This document shows positions 28,314 to 36,879 of a DNA stretch of 64,000 nt, piece after piece. Numbering within the stretch: the stretch's first letter is position 1; the number at the start of each line of letters is the position of its first letter. A program made the position numbers and the translations under genes. A model generated the notes under the pieces. It had not been told where the DNA came from and made no database searches. It saw only the letters and a program-made list of their open reading frames with translations. This DNA is from a virus. The DNA lies in the IMG/VR virus record IMGVR_UViG_3300045988_159010; one strand, 5' to 3'.

Positions 28314-28544
28314 TTACTCCTTAATAAAATGAATAATTAAATCATATCCATCTTCTGTTTCAATCATTTCATAAGGATGCATTGTATTAATTTTATAACC
28401 ATCACGTTTCTGAATTTCAACACCCTGAGAACCAAAGGTATTAGGAAAAATACGAATTTTATTAGAAGTATATTTCCAAGACGAAATAAGAAGTAATCCA
28501 ACAGTTACAACTAATAGAATAGTTACAATACATTTTTTAAACAT
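28314..28544 (-). CDS. small membrane protein (about 76 aa)
   Basis: MFKKCIVTILLVVTVGLLLISSW TM helix. Confidence 0.3.
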   Translation of the reverse strand: MFKKCIVTILLVVTVGLLLISSWKYTSNKIRIFPNTFGSQGVEIQKRDGYKINTMHPYEMIETEDGYDLIIHFIKE

Positions 28545-28779
28545 CTGACATATCCTTCCAAGAGCAAGTATTAAGCCAATATCTTGTATGGTTATTTTCA
28601 TCCTTAGAACTACCAGCCAAGCCTTGACCAATGAGACCACGCATTACACCCGAGGCACCCTGTGGTGTAATGTCAAAATCATACTTACGTTTAGCAAATG
28701 CAGAAATCTGTTTTGCGGTCAGAGTACCGCACTCACTCAAAACTTTAATTACAATCTTTTTCTTTTCCATTACATCCAA
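28537..28779 (-). CDS. small putative DNA-binding protein (80 aa)
   Basis: ORF; LTAKQISAFAKRKY HTH-like. Confidence 0.4.
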   Translation of the reverse strand: MDVMEKKKIVIKVLSECGTLTAKQISAFAKRKYDFDITPQGASGVMRGLIGQGLAGSSKDENNHTRYWLNTCSWKDMSDV

Positions 28780-29234
28780 TCCTCACTTGTTCTGTCATCA
28801 TCAGGTCTTTCAAGATTTTCCATATCATTAATTCGGATAGGTTCCCAATTATAATGTGCGTGATGCAGCCAATCTTCCTTGCTCCAATTGACTACTTCTT
28901 CTTTAATCTCTTGGATTTGCTGAAGTCTATTGCGTGTTTCTATAATTTTTCGTTCACACTGATTGAAATTATTTTTAGAAGCTTCTTTACTTAACTGTCC
29001 ATGTTTTGGAGCATGAAGATAGAAATTACAGCTTTGAATATATCTATCAAGACTTTCTTTGTAATCTTTCTCTGTCTCATTGATACCATCAAGATGATTA
29101 TGCTTATGCTGTTCCATCCAAGAGCTATTGTAAACAGCATTGAGATATTCTTCCAACTTATCTTCTGTAAGATAAGCAATGTCATATTCATCCCAAGCAT
29201 TGCCGCGGCTTACCTTATAAATTGTCATTAGCAA
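28770..29234 (-). CDS. hypothetical protein, paralogue pair member 1 (154 aa)
   Basis: C-terminal WLHHAHYNWEPI shared with 29228-29671 (WLHWADYNWEPI). Confidence 0.45.
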   Translation of the reverse strand: MLMTIYKVSRGNAWDEYDIAYLTEDKLEEYLNAVYNSSWMEQHKHNHLDGINETEKDYKESLDRYIQSCNFYLHAPKHGQLSKEASKNNFNQCERKIIETRNRLQQIQEIKEEVVNWSKEDWLHHAHYNWEPIRINDMENLERPDDDRTSEDWM

Positions 29235-29671
29235 TCCTCCTCATTAACTTGTCTGATTACATTAAGTTCAATCGGCTCCCAATTATAATCAGCCCAATGA
29301 AGCCAATCAACTGCCGTCCATTTCTTGCATTCCTCAAGCAGCATATCCGCTTTCTTCATTTGCCATTTACAATCAATGATAATGCGTTCATATTTCTTAT
29401 ATTCTTTCTTGGCATTCCTATATTCAGGACTTGCTTTGCCTTCCTGAAGGATGGGAAGATATTTATTCATATCCTGAATAGCATTATAACGCTTGGTTGC
29501 ATATCTAATCTTTTCTGCTCGGAGAGTTTCAAAATGACTATGAATACTATCTTTCATCAGAGTTGAATGAAACAACTCTTCAAGATAATCATTCAGCTTA
29601 TCTTCTGTAAGATAACCAAGTTTCTGTTCTTCATAGTCAGAACCATAAGTCAATTTATAAATGCGTTCCAT
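29228..29671 (-). CDS. hypothetical protein, paralogue pair member 2 (147 aa)
   Basis: shared motif with 28770-29234. Confidence 0.45.
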   Translation of the reverse strand: MERIYKLTYGSDYEEQKLGYLTEDKLNDYLEELFHSTLMKDSIHSHFETLRAEKIRYATKRYNAIQDMNKYLPILQEGKASPEYRNAKKEYKKYERIIIDCKWQMKKADMLLEECKKWTAVDWLHWADYNWEPIELNVIRQVNEEDC

Positions 29672-29750
29672 ATCTCTCCCATCCTTTCTATATATATTAT
29701 ATCAAATTTTTTATAAATTTTCGAGTATTCAATTTTGGCAAGAATTTAAA

Positions 29751-31415
29751 CTAAACATAATCATCAGGGTAAGTTGCCTTTAGCCGCACCTTGGCATCAG
29801 CAATTCTTTCAAGGGACAGAAATGGCTCCCATACCTTCTTATCTACCTTGTCAACATCAATATATTGAAAATCTCCCCACAAGTCTGGTTCCTTTGGTAC
29901 ATCATCGAAACAATAATCTTCATAGCAATCATCACAGACATCAATCGGATTTCCAATATCTCGACGATGCTTACCATTAGGAGTTTTTACTTCAAACATA
30001 TATGGAAGAGCCTGCTTCTTGAAATCATAATCAAGCCATTTAGTTTCTCCGCAGCAGCTACAAACCTGGGTGCGACCCTCTGCACACCAACTACAATAAG
30101 TTGCACCATCTTCACTACAAAACCAAGCATCTTCACTATCAATCCAAGCACCGCAATCATCGCACTGGACTTTGCCTTCGCAGGTTGCACATACGACTTT
30201 ATCACATTCTACAAATGCATCTACATTTCCACTCGGGTCAGCTTCATAGCCTTTGCCGCAACACATACATTCAGCTACACCAGAATAACAAACTTCTACT
30301 TCTTTGACTTCTGGATTGATATAAGCATAATGATTATCATAATAATCATTATACATAGCTCCAGTCCTCATGCGGATATAAACCTGACCAAAATCAGTAT
30401 CATTAGGTTGATTCTGCCAAACCTCATACATTTTATCATCATAATGCCAGCCCATATTCTGTTCAGCCAACTGCTTAATCTTATTCAGCACATAGTCACG
30501 CAGATAAATGTTATTATAAGGATACTGTTTGATTTCAGTGATAATATCCTTATTAACAATATAAAGACACCGCCAACGCTTATTGCTCCAAGTTCTATTA
30601 TCACGGTCAATAGGACAATAAGGATGTTCGGACTCAACATATGCTTCAAGGATAACAGGGGAGTTCATCATTTCAACAGTACCAAGACGATAATCGCCAC
30701 CCTGATACCAGTTCATACAGCTCTCCCAATCACAAGCATTGTCACTCATAGTAAGATAGTCAAGCGGATGAATAGATAGTACAATATCAGCATTAATCAT
30801 ACGATCATTCAAAACACGCGAATGAAGAATGCGGAACTGCTCAAATGCTTCTTTATCCAGTTCAAACCAATCAACAATTTTAGCCATCATTCGCATCAAC
30901 TTCATATCACTCTTCAGTTCAAGCGGCTTCGAAGTATCTGCATGCGGACCACGGCGAATAGTAACAGATTTGCGACCCCAATCAAACATATACACATTTT
31001 TATTGGCCACGAGAGATTCACTATCAAGGCAATGCTCAATCATGCTACAACAATTAACACGTTCATCCTTATCAAGAGTGGCATCCATCCAAGAATAATA
31101 AATATTAGTAATCTGCTCATAAGAGTCAATGAATTTTTTAACGTTTGCTAATTCAGGATTATTATAAATTTCTTCATACATTTCACTGAACTTATCCATC
31201 AAATCCTCTTCAGATGCCTGATAGGAAATATGGTCTTTAACCATCAGATTCTTACCAAGCAACTCATACAGGTCAAGCTTTTCAGCAGCCCAAAACCGCA
31301 GAAGATGATTAATTTCATCTACTGTACAGTAATTATCAGAATGAAGGTACTCTTTAATATAATCGTGCAGCAGGTTCTTTTCTTCTTCTGGAATAAGAGT
31401 CCTCAAATCTGTCAT
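29751..31415 (-). CDS. large paralogue C (554 aa) with HPLDY motif and C-terminal multi-CxxC tail
   Basis: SIHPLDYLTMSDNACDWESCMNWYQGGDYRLGTVEMMNSP; CYSGVAECMCCGKGYE...CATCEGKVQCDDCG...CSWCAEGRTQVCSCCGE. Confidence 0.55.
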   Translation of the reverse strand: MTDLRTLIPEEEKNLLHDYIKEYLHSDNYCTVDEINHLLRFWAAEKLDLYELLGKNLMVKDHISYQASEEDLMDKFSEMYEEIYNNPELANVKKFIDSYEQITNIYYSWMDATLDKDERVNCCSMIEHCLDSESLVANKNVYMFDWGRKSVTIRRGPHADTSKPLELKSDMKLMRMMAKIVDWFELDKEAFEQFRILHSRVLNDRMINADIVLSIHPLDYLTMSDNACDWESCMNWYQGGDYRLGTVEMMNSPVILEAYVESEHPYCPIDRDNRTWSNKRWRCLYIVNKDIITEIKQYPYNNIYLRDYVLNKIKQLAEQNMGWHYDDKMYEVWQNQPNDTDFGQVYIRMRTGAMYNDYYDNHYAYINPEVKEVEVCYSGVAECMCCGKGYEADPSGNVDAFVECDKVVCATCEGKVQCDDCGAWIDSEDAWFCSEDGATYCSWCAEGRTQVCSCCGETKWLDYDFKKQALPYMFEVKTPNGKHRRDIGNPIDVCDDCYEDYCFDDVPKEPDLWGDFQYIDVDKVDKKVWEPFLSLERIADAKVRLKATYPDDYV

Positions 31416-31561
31416 TTTAATTCACCTTTTCCTTTTAATTTATATATATATTTTATTATATTTTTTTATAAAAATAAAATAGACCCCGGATAACCGAGGT
31501 CTATTTCGTAAAGGAAGTGATTTTCTAAACTGGCAAATATTTAGAAATATCTATACTAACC

Positions 31562-33184
31562 TTACTTCTTCATATTCATCATAAGAAGAAGAGGAAGCAT
31601 ACTTTCATCATCACCCTTGCCGTCCTTCATCATGAAGTACAGCATCATCGGGTCCATTGTGCTGCCAGCCTTACCATTCATCAGCATCATCATCGGCAGC
31701 ATATCTTTCATAGAGGAATTGTCATCCATCATTGCAAACATCCACATATTACCAAAAGGATTATCAGCAGAAGGAGTATCGCCGAACATATTGTCTGCTA
31801 GAGACATAACCTTCGTAATGAAATTAAAGCCAAACGGGCTACGTGTCGGCATGATAGTCTTCTTCTCACCCATTGCAATATCAATTGCAATCACATCACC
31901 CTGCTCGGAGAAACCAAAGACAAAGCACGGGCGTCTGTTAAAGATGATTACATCGCCGGCTTCAATTGCATCAATGCCAACAGGAATCTTGAAGAACATA
32001 TTATCAGCCTTGAAGTTGAAAACATCAACATCCATAATCTCACCATTCTTCTTATCATATGCCTGATAAGTACCATTAACATTCTTAACAGCCAGACCAT
32101 ACGGCGACATACGAATAGCATCATTATCCTTAATCGGACCAAAATCAAAATTAAACATCTTCATATTATTTCCTTTCCCTTTCACATCATGATTGTTTGT
32201 TTCAAGTTTATTAATTCTTTCTTCCATTGTATCAATACGATGAGTTAAGTTATCATCAATTGAAATAGTGGCTGTGCCATAAGAACCATCATTACTGATT
32301 TTAATAGTGGAAAAATCAGAGACTCCTCCACCAACAATAGGTACTGTCTTAGCAGTAGATGTATTATACTTCCAATCAGTTGATGCAGTTGCTGTAGAAG
32401 CTTCAGTAGAAATTTGACAATTTAGAAAATCCTGAACTGCCTGCTGTGCTTCATCCTTCGTAATCGCTCTAATAGGATTAACGTTAACATTTGCACAATC
32501 TGACACTGAAGTCTTTACTCTATCTACATCTTTGTAAACAGTATTAAGCCACTCTTTATTACTATCTTTATAGAAATTATAACAATTATTAAGAATTTCA
32601 GTAGTTTTATCAAATTCATAACTAAGATTCTTAATACTATCATTCACATTTTCAAAAATCATTTTACCGGGTTTGCCCTCCACCGCAGGATTAAGTGCCC
32701 AGCTGAGAGCACGCCAACCGATATTATCCTCTGAACCATATGCTCCTAAATTATTCAAGCCAAATAATCTATAATCATCTGTCTTTCCAGTAGTTTCCAT
32801 ACAATCAAAATAATCATAGAATAGCATATCAGCCAAATATGCACCAAATGAATAAGCCTCAGAAGTATCATACTTCTTATCAGTACCTACCATTCTAAAA
32901 TTATCTGAATCTTTTAAATATTTAAATTCCTGAATATGAGCTACCGTAGGAGCCAGATATACATTATCAATTTCAAACCAGACTACCTTGTAATCTCCAT
33001 CCATCAGATGAAGAATTCTCCAATCAGCATAAGGTAATTTGCTATAAGTTCCTACTTTAACATTCTCGTTAAAATCTTCTAATAGTTTTTCCCAAGCTTC
33101 TTTATCATAAACCTTAGCATCATAAACTGGACTATAAGTTCTTTTCTTGTCCATCGGCCATATGTCTTTTAAATAAACTTTCAT
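31562..33184 (-). CDS. large hypothetical protein (540 aa) with Met-rich C-terminal tail (LPMMMLMNGK...MMLYFMMKDGKG...LLLMMNMKK)
   Basis: ORF; ATGA overlap with upstream gene. Confidence 0.5.
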   Translation of the reverse strand: MKVYLKDIWPMDKKRTYSPVYDAKVYDKEAWEKLLEDFNENVKVGTYSKLPYADWRILHLMDGDYKVVWFEIDNVYLAPTVAHIQEFKYLKDSDNFRMVGTDKKYDTSEAYSFGAYLADMLFYDYFDCMETTGKTDDYRLFGLNNLGAYGSEDNIGWRALSWALNPAVEGKPGKMIFENVNDSIKNLSYEFDKTTEILNNCYNFYKDSNKEWLNTVYKDVDRVKTSVSDCANVNVNPIRAITKDEAQQAVQDFLNCQISTEASTATASTDWKYNTSTAKTVPIVGGGVSDFSTIKISNDGSYGTATISIDDNLTHRIDTMEERINKLETNNHDVKGKGNNMKMFNFDFGPIKDNDAIRMSPYGLAVKNVNGTYQAYDKKNGEIMDVDVFNFKADNMFFKIPVGIDAIEAGDVIIFNRRPCFVFGFSEQGDVIAIDIAMGEKKTIMPTRSPFGFNFITKVMSLADNMFGDTPSADNPFGNMWMFAMMDDNSSMKDMLPMMMLMNGKAGSTMDPMMLYFMMKDGKGDDESMLPLLLMMNMKK

Positions 33185-33405
33185 CCTCGGCTATACATCT
33201 CCCATACCATATCTTCTTCGGCAGGTGTAATATCTTCAATCCCGCACTCTTCACACATAATATTAAAATTTTCCTCAACATACCATCGAGGACTTTCTTG
33301 CATCTTACGTACCAGAGTATTAATACATCCAGTACGAGTGTTTACCATTCCAGTACCCTCTGCTTCATTCATGAACAGAAAATAGCTATCATCAAAACCA
33401 AACAT
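33181..33405 (-). CDS. hypothetical protein (74 aa)
   Basis: ORF. Confidence 0.4.
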   Translation of the reverse strand: MFGFDDSYFLFMNEAEGTGMVNTRTGCINTLVRKMQESPRWYVEENFNIMCEECGIEDITPAEEDMVWEMYSRG

Positions 33406-33465
33406 ATTAATTACTCCTTATCTTTTATATAAATATTATATAATATTTTTTTATTTTTTTCAAAT

Positions 33466-34065
33466 TTACGAGCAAGTAATAGAACCTTCCGGCTGTTTAC
33501 TCAATTGTGCAGTTGCAGTATAATCATATTTAACAAGTTCAACAGTGCCATCTTCATTAACTACACACTTATAAATATGTTTAAGTTCAGCATCATTTTC
33601 AACCGTTTGCTTAATAAGCTTGGCACTATTGATCGCCGCTTTACGGATTGCCTCTTGGCTTTCTTCTTTAAGAGCACGGCAATCTTCTCTTATAAGCTTG
33701 CAGAATTCAAGACCTTTAAGCAGTTCGTCTTCTTGCTTTGCTTTAGTTTTTTTATTTTCCCACCATTGGATAAATTTACGATATTCCTTATAAGAACTAA
33801 AATACACATAAAAATTATTTTCGCCACCATTACGAGTACGCTTACCAGTCTTATAAGAAATGCTATTACCAGTAACACACCATTTATCAGGTTTAATAGC
33901 AGAGTATTTCATTACTTCATCGAAGGTAAGCTCAACAGTTTTTTCATGCCATTTAATAGCTCCTTCTTTAAAACCCTGATAATTTTCCCAATCTTTGAAA
34001 TAACTAAATACTGTAAAACAGATAATAGCAAATACAATAAAAATACCTAAAACAATCAAAAACAT
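33466..34065 (-). CDS. membrane-anchored hypothetical protein (199 aa)
   Basis: N-terminal TM MFLIVLGIFIVFAIICFTVF. Confidence 0.45.
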   Translation of the reverse strand: MFLIVLGIFIVFAIICFTVFSYFKDWENYQGFKEGAIKWHEKTVELTFDEVMKYSAIKPDKWCVTGNSISYKTGKRTRNGGENNFYVYFSSYKEYRKFIQWWENKKTKAKQEDELLKGLEFCKLIREDCRALKEESQEAIRKAAINSAKLIKQTVENDAELKHIYKCVVNEDGTVELVKYDYTATAQLSKQPEGSITCS

Positions 34066-34610
34066 TACTTATTATCCCCCTTCTCCTGCCGCAAGTCATG
34101 GTCTTCACCATCGTAAATTTCACGATATTTAGTGAACAGAGAACCATCATTGTAATAATATCTAATATTATTCCAACCATTATAATGGTCAGTCAAATTA
34201 GGCCAGTCTACAATACGTGCCTGCCGTTCAAGCTCCTGCTGCGGCACTACTCTATGTCTCTGGGAGTTCCATTCCTTTGAATTTTCTACGCTAGCAATAA
34301 TAACCATAAGCTGATAGTTATCGAAATGGGGGAAACGGCTTCTGATTTCTTCTCTCTGTCCAAGAGTCAAACAGTTAGTATCAATGATAATATCTGCATT
34401 GTCCAGTTCTGCACAATGTACAATCTGATACAATGTCTGCCAAACTTCGAACTTATGACTACGGTTGCATTCATCACCATTAAAGACAGCATACAATTCA
34501 TCAGGGTTTACATACCGGATGTGATTCATCTTTGCGAAGGATTTCGCGAATGTAGTCTTTCCATTTGCACTCAAGCCGCACATCATATATAGAGTCGCCA
34601 TCAACTTCAT
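34065..34610 (-). CDS. P-loop kinase (polynucleotide/nucleoside kinase-like, 181 aa)
   Basis: Walker A GLSANGKTT; size and context like phage Pnk kinase domains. Confidence 0.5.
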   Translation of the reverse strand: MKLMATLYMMCGLSANGKTTFAKSFAKMNHIRYVNPDELYAVFNGDECNRSHKFEVWQTLYQIVHCAELDNADIIIDTNCLTLGQREEIRSRFPHFDNYQLMVIIASVENSKEWNSQRHRVVPQQELERQARIVDWPNLTDHYNGWNNIRYYYNDGSLFTKYREIYDGEDHDLRQEKGDNK

Positions 34611-34929
34611 CTCCTCTCATTCTGCTTGCCAATATATATTCCATATAGATAGAATCTACTGTTGGATTTTCTATTCTTTCTATACTAATTACATCTATTT
34701 CTGATATAATTACAATATAAAAATCATTAAGACATTTAACTAATGCTTTATACCATTCATGACCATGCCAACACCAATAGTCTTCAAGAATAACTCTGCC
34801 TGATTTAAGAAGCATATGGTATTTATTTAATGTGTCTTCTTTCTTAATACGACCCATTAAAAAATCCATCTGATTAAATACAAAAGGATTGCCTGGACCA
34901 GACATTACCTTGCTCATATCAAATTCCAA
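34501..34929 (-). CDS. hypothetical protein (track ORF; 3' portion overlaps kinase gene in another frame, true extent uncertain)
   Basis: ORF. Confidence 0.3.
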   Translation of the reverse strand: MEFDMSKVMSGPGNPFVFNQMDFLMGRIKKEDTLNKYHMLLKSGRVILEDYWCWHGHEWYKALVKCLNDFYIVIISEIDVISIERIENPTVDSIYMEYILASRMRGDEVDGDSIYDVRLECKWKDYIREILRKDESHPVCKP

Positions 34930-35195
34930 TTACTCAATTCAATCCTCTCATTATAACTTTTCTTGTCAGAAATCGGCTCACAAAAAATAACTATTCCATT
35001 ACGCATCCAATCTGCATAAACCATATCATCCCAAAGGATTATACGCAAACGATAATAGTTTCCATTCTCTTCACTCTGTAAATCAATAGCAATCTTGCCA
35101 TATTTAAGAACATTAGAATGCTTTTCATTAACCATATGCTGATAAACTTCTTCAGCATATGCATCAAATACATCCATCCAATTATCCAACTTCAC
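34914..35195 (-). CDS. hypothetical protein (93 aa)
   Basis: ORF. Confidence 0.4.
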   Translation of the reverse strand: MKLDNWMDVFDAYAEEVYQHMVNEKHSNVLKYGKIAIDLQSEENGNYYRLRIILWDDMVYADWMRNGIVIFCEPISDKKSYNERIELSNWNLI

Positions 35196-35892
35196 TACAC
35201 CTCGTCAAATAAGTAATTTTCTGCTTCTGGTAAGTTCCAAGAGACTTAATAGTGCCCTTAATAGTAAGTTCCTTACCAATTTCCCAATTCTTGGCAGCTG
35301 TACTCCAACAGTACAGATTCTCATTGGCATCAATGAATGTCATAATATGGTTAACACCATAATAATTTTCTGCTTCAATGTTTTTAATTACTTTTACATC
35401 ACGCTCAATCTTGTCCCCAACTTCACCCTGATAGCGGCTATTGCCTTCATCATAAATAAGGTTTTCAACTACCTTATTAATAACTACTGTATCTTTCAGA
35501 GTGCCGTCGTCATCACCTACAAGCTCCCAAGGCAGCTGCACTGGCGTAATGCCGTCAGGCACATCTGCCGGAACTTCTTCTGTAGAAACAACATACCACT
35601 TAAACATAGTGTGGAAACGAGCATTAGAGCGTTCAAACCATTCAAAATTTTCATAGGTATTACCCTTAAACAGAGTAATATATCCATTATCAAAACCAAG
35701 AATATGCTTACGATTACCAGGCTTAATAATTTTCACAGAAGGATAATAGCGGTCATACTCTGACTGGGTGTACGATTTAACTTTTTTGACCTTGCCATCC
35801 TTGGTACGCACATCACAATAACGCTTGCCATTTTCAATATAAGTATCGCGGACAATTTCCAAATCCTGATAAGACTTAGCAACAAGAGCCAT
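35182..35892 (-). CDS. hypothetical protein (236 aa)
   Basis: ORF. Confidence 0.5.
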   Translation of the reverse strand: MALVAKSYQDLEIVRDTYIENGKRYCDVRTKDGKVKKVKSYTQSEYDRYYPSVKIIKPGNRKHILGFDNGYITLFKGNTYENFEWFERSNARFHTMFKWYVVSTEEVPADVPDGITPVQLPWELVGDDDGTLKDTVVINKVVENLIYDEGNSRYQGEVGDKIERDVKVIKNIEAENYYGVNHIMTFIDANENLYCWSTAAKNWEIGKELTIKGTIKSLGTYQKQKITYLTRCSEVG

Positions 35893-36086
35893 TATCTATC
35901 ACCCTCCTCAAAAAGCTGCTTATAAAGAATATCAAGAGCCATGTCAATTTCTTCTGCTTCATCATTGTCAATATACTCATAATTACTTACACAGAGATCA
36001 ACGACCTTATTATAAGCATTGACAACTTCTTCATTTCTAATCTTGTCCATAGTATCGTCTCCTTTAAAATTCTTTATATCTCTCAT
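35892..36086 (-). CDS. small acidic protein (64 aa)
   Basis: ORF. Confidence 0.4.
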   Translation of the reverse strand: MRDIKNFKGDDTMDKIRNEEVVNAYNKVVDLCVSNYEYIDNDEAEEIDMALDILYKQLFEEGDR

Positions 36087-36088
36087 TT

Positions 36089-36131
36089 CTTTATATATAT
36101 ATTTTATAATATTTTTTTATAAAAATAAAAG
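36089..36131 (-). promoter_or_regulatory. AT-rich promoter-like motif CTTTATATATATATTTTATAATATTTTTTTATAAAAATAAAAG followed by hairpin GAGGAGTCTC-N7-GACTCCTC (36131-36155)
   Basis: identical 43-mer at 41538-41580; close variants elsewhere. Confidence 0.5.
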
Positions 36132-36143
36132 AGGAGTCTCTTA

Positions 36144-36554
36144 TCAAGACTCCTCTGTATAATCAATCAATTCAATTTCTGACCAAAATGGCTGCTCATA
36201 CCAGCTTGTCCAAGGATTACTCCTATAAAACTGGTGAAAACGTACTTTCTCATTAAACTCTTTTACTTGAGTATAATACAATTCATTTACACCAACTCTT
36301 GAAGTCTCAAGAAAACTATCATGATGTTCTACCTGATAAACAATAACATCACGTTCGGCTTCAATATTTGCACGGTCAATAGGTTCTCTGACTCCTTGAC
36401 TGATAAAAACAATAGTGCTAATAAATACTACAAGAGTCGTCATAAAACCTACTGTGAATGGAAGAACACTCCAATCACTAAAATTATCACTTAAAATTTT
36501 TCCAATGATAAAACAAACTACGCAAACAACAATAGCCAACAAATACAATAACAT
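36144..36554 (-). CDS. membrane protein (136 aa)
   Basis: two TM helices. Confidence 0.45.
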   Translation of the reverse strand: MLLYLLAIVVCVVCFIIGKILSDNFSDWSVLPFTVGFMTTLVVFISTIVFISQGVREPIDRANIEAERDVIVYQVEHHDSFLETSRVGVNELYYTQVKEFNEKVRFHQFYRSNPWTSWYEQPFWSEIELIDYTEES

Positions 36555-36556
36555 AA

Positions 36557-36853
36557 TTATTCCTCCACTGTTCTATAACCTTCAACATCTACATCAGCCA
36601 TATCGCTAATGTCGAAATCATCATCATCTTCTGGAACATTATAATCTGCTTTGGCCGCATCAATAAAATCTCTAATAGATGCACCGTACCAATCCCAATT
36701 GTCAACGCCGCCACAGTCTAATGCCTGAAGCCGCAAACTATCATAGAGCAAATCTTTTAGTTCATCTTTTGGAACGAGGCAATAAATCATATTAATACTT
36801 GGTTCCTTTCTTATAGTTATAAAAATACAATCCGCCAATGACAACAATAGCAA
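36557..36853 (-). CDS. acidic hypothetical protein (98 aa)
   Basis: ORF. Confidence 0.4.
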   Translation of the reverse strand: MLLLSLADCIFITIRKEPSINMIYCLVPKDELKDLLYDSLRLQALDCGGVDNWDWYGASIRDFIDAAKADYNVPEDDDDFDISDMADVDVEGYRTVEE

Positions 36854-36879
36854 TAACCAGAATAATTACGGGGTCCATA

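Noticed and set aside
29865-30779. Long plus-strand ORFs antisense to minus-strand genes (29865-30779 with 304 aa; 44732-45562 with 276 aa; 52140-53174 with 344 aa)
   Set aside because: The translations are low-complexity and Ile/Phe-rich and lack an RBS. They are fully antisense to well-supported minus-strand genes with recognisable domains (paralogue C, RNA ligase, DnaQ-like exonuclease). They are classic shadow ORFs.
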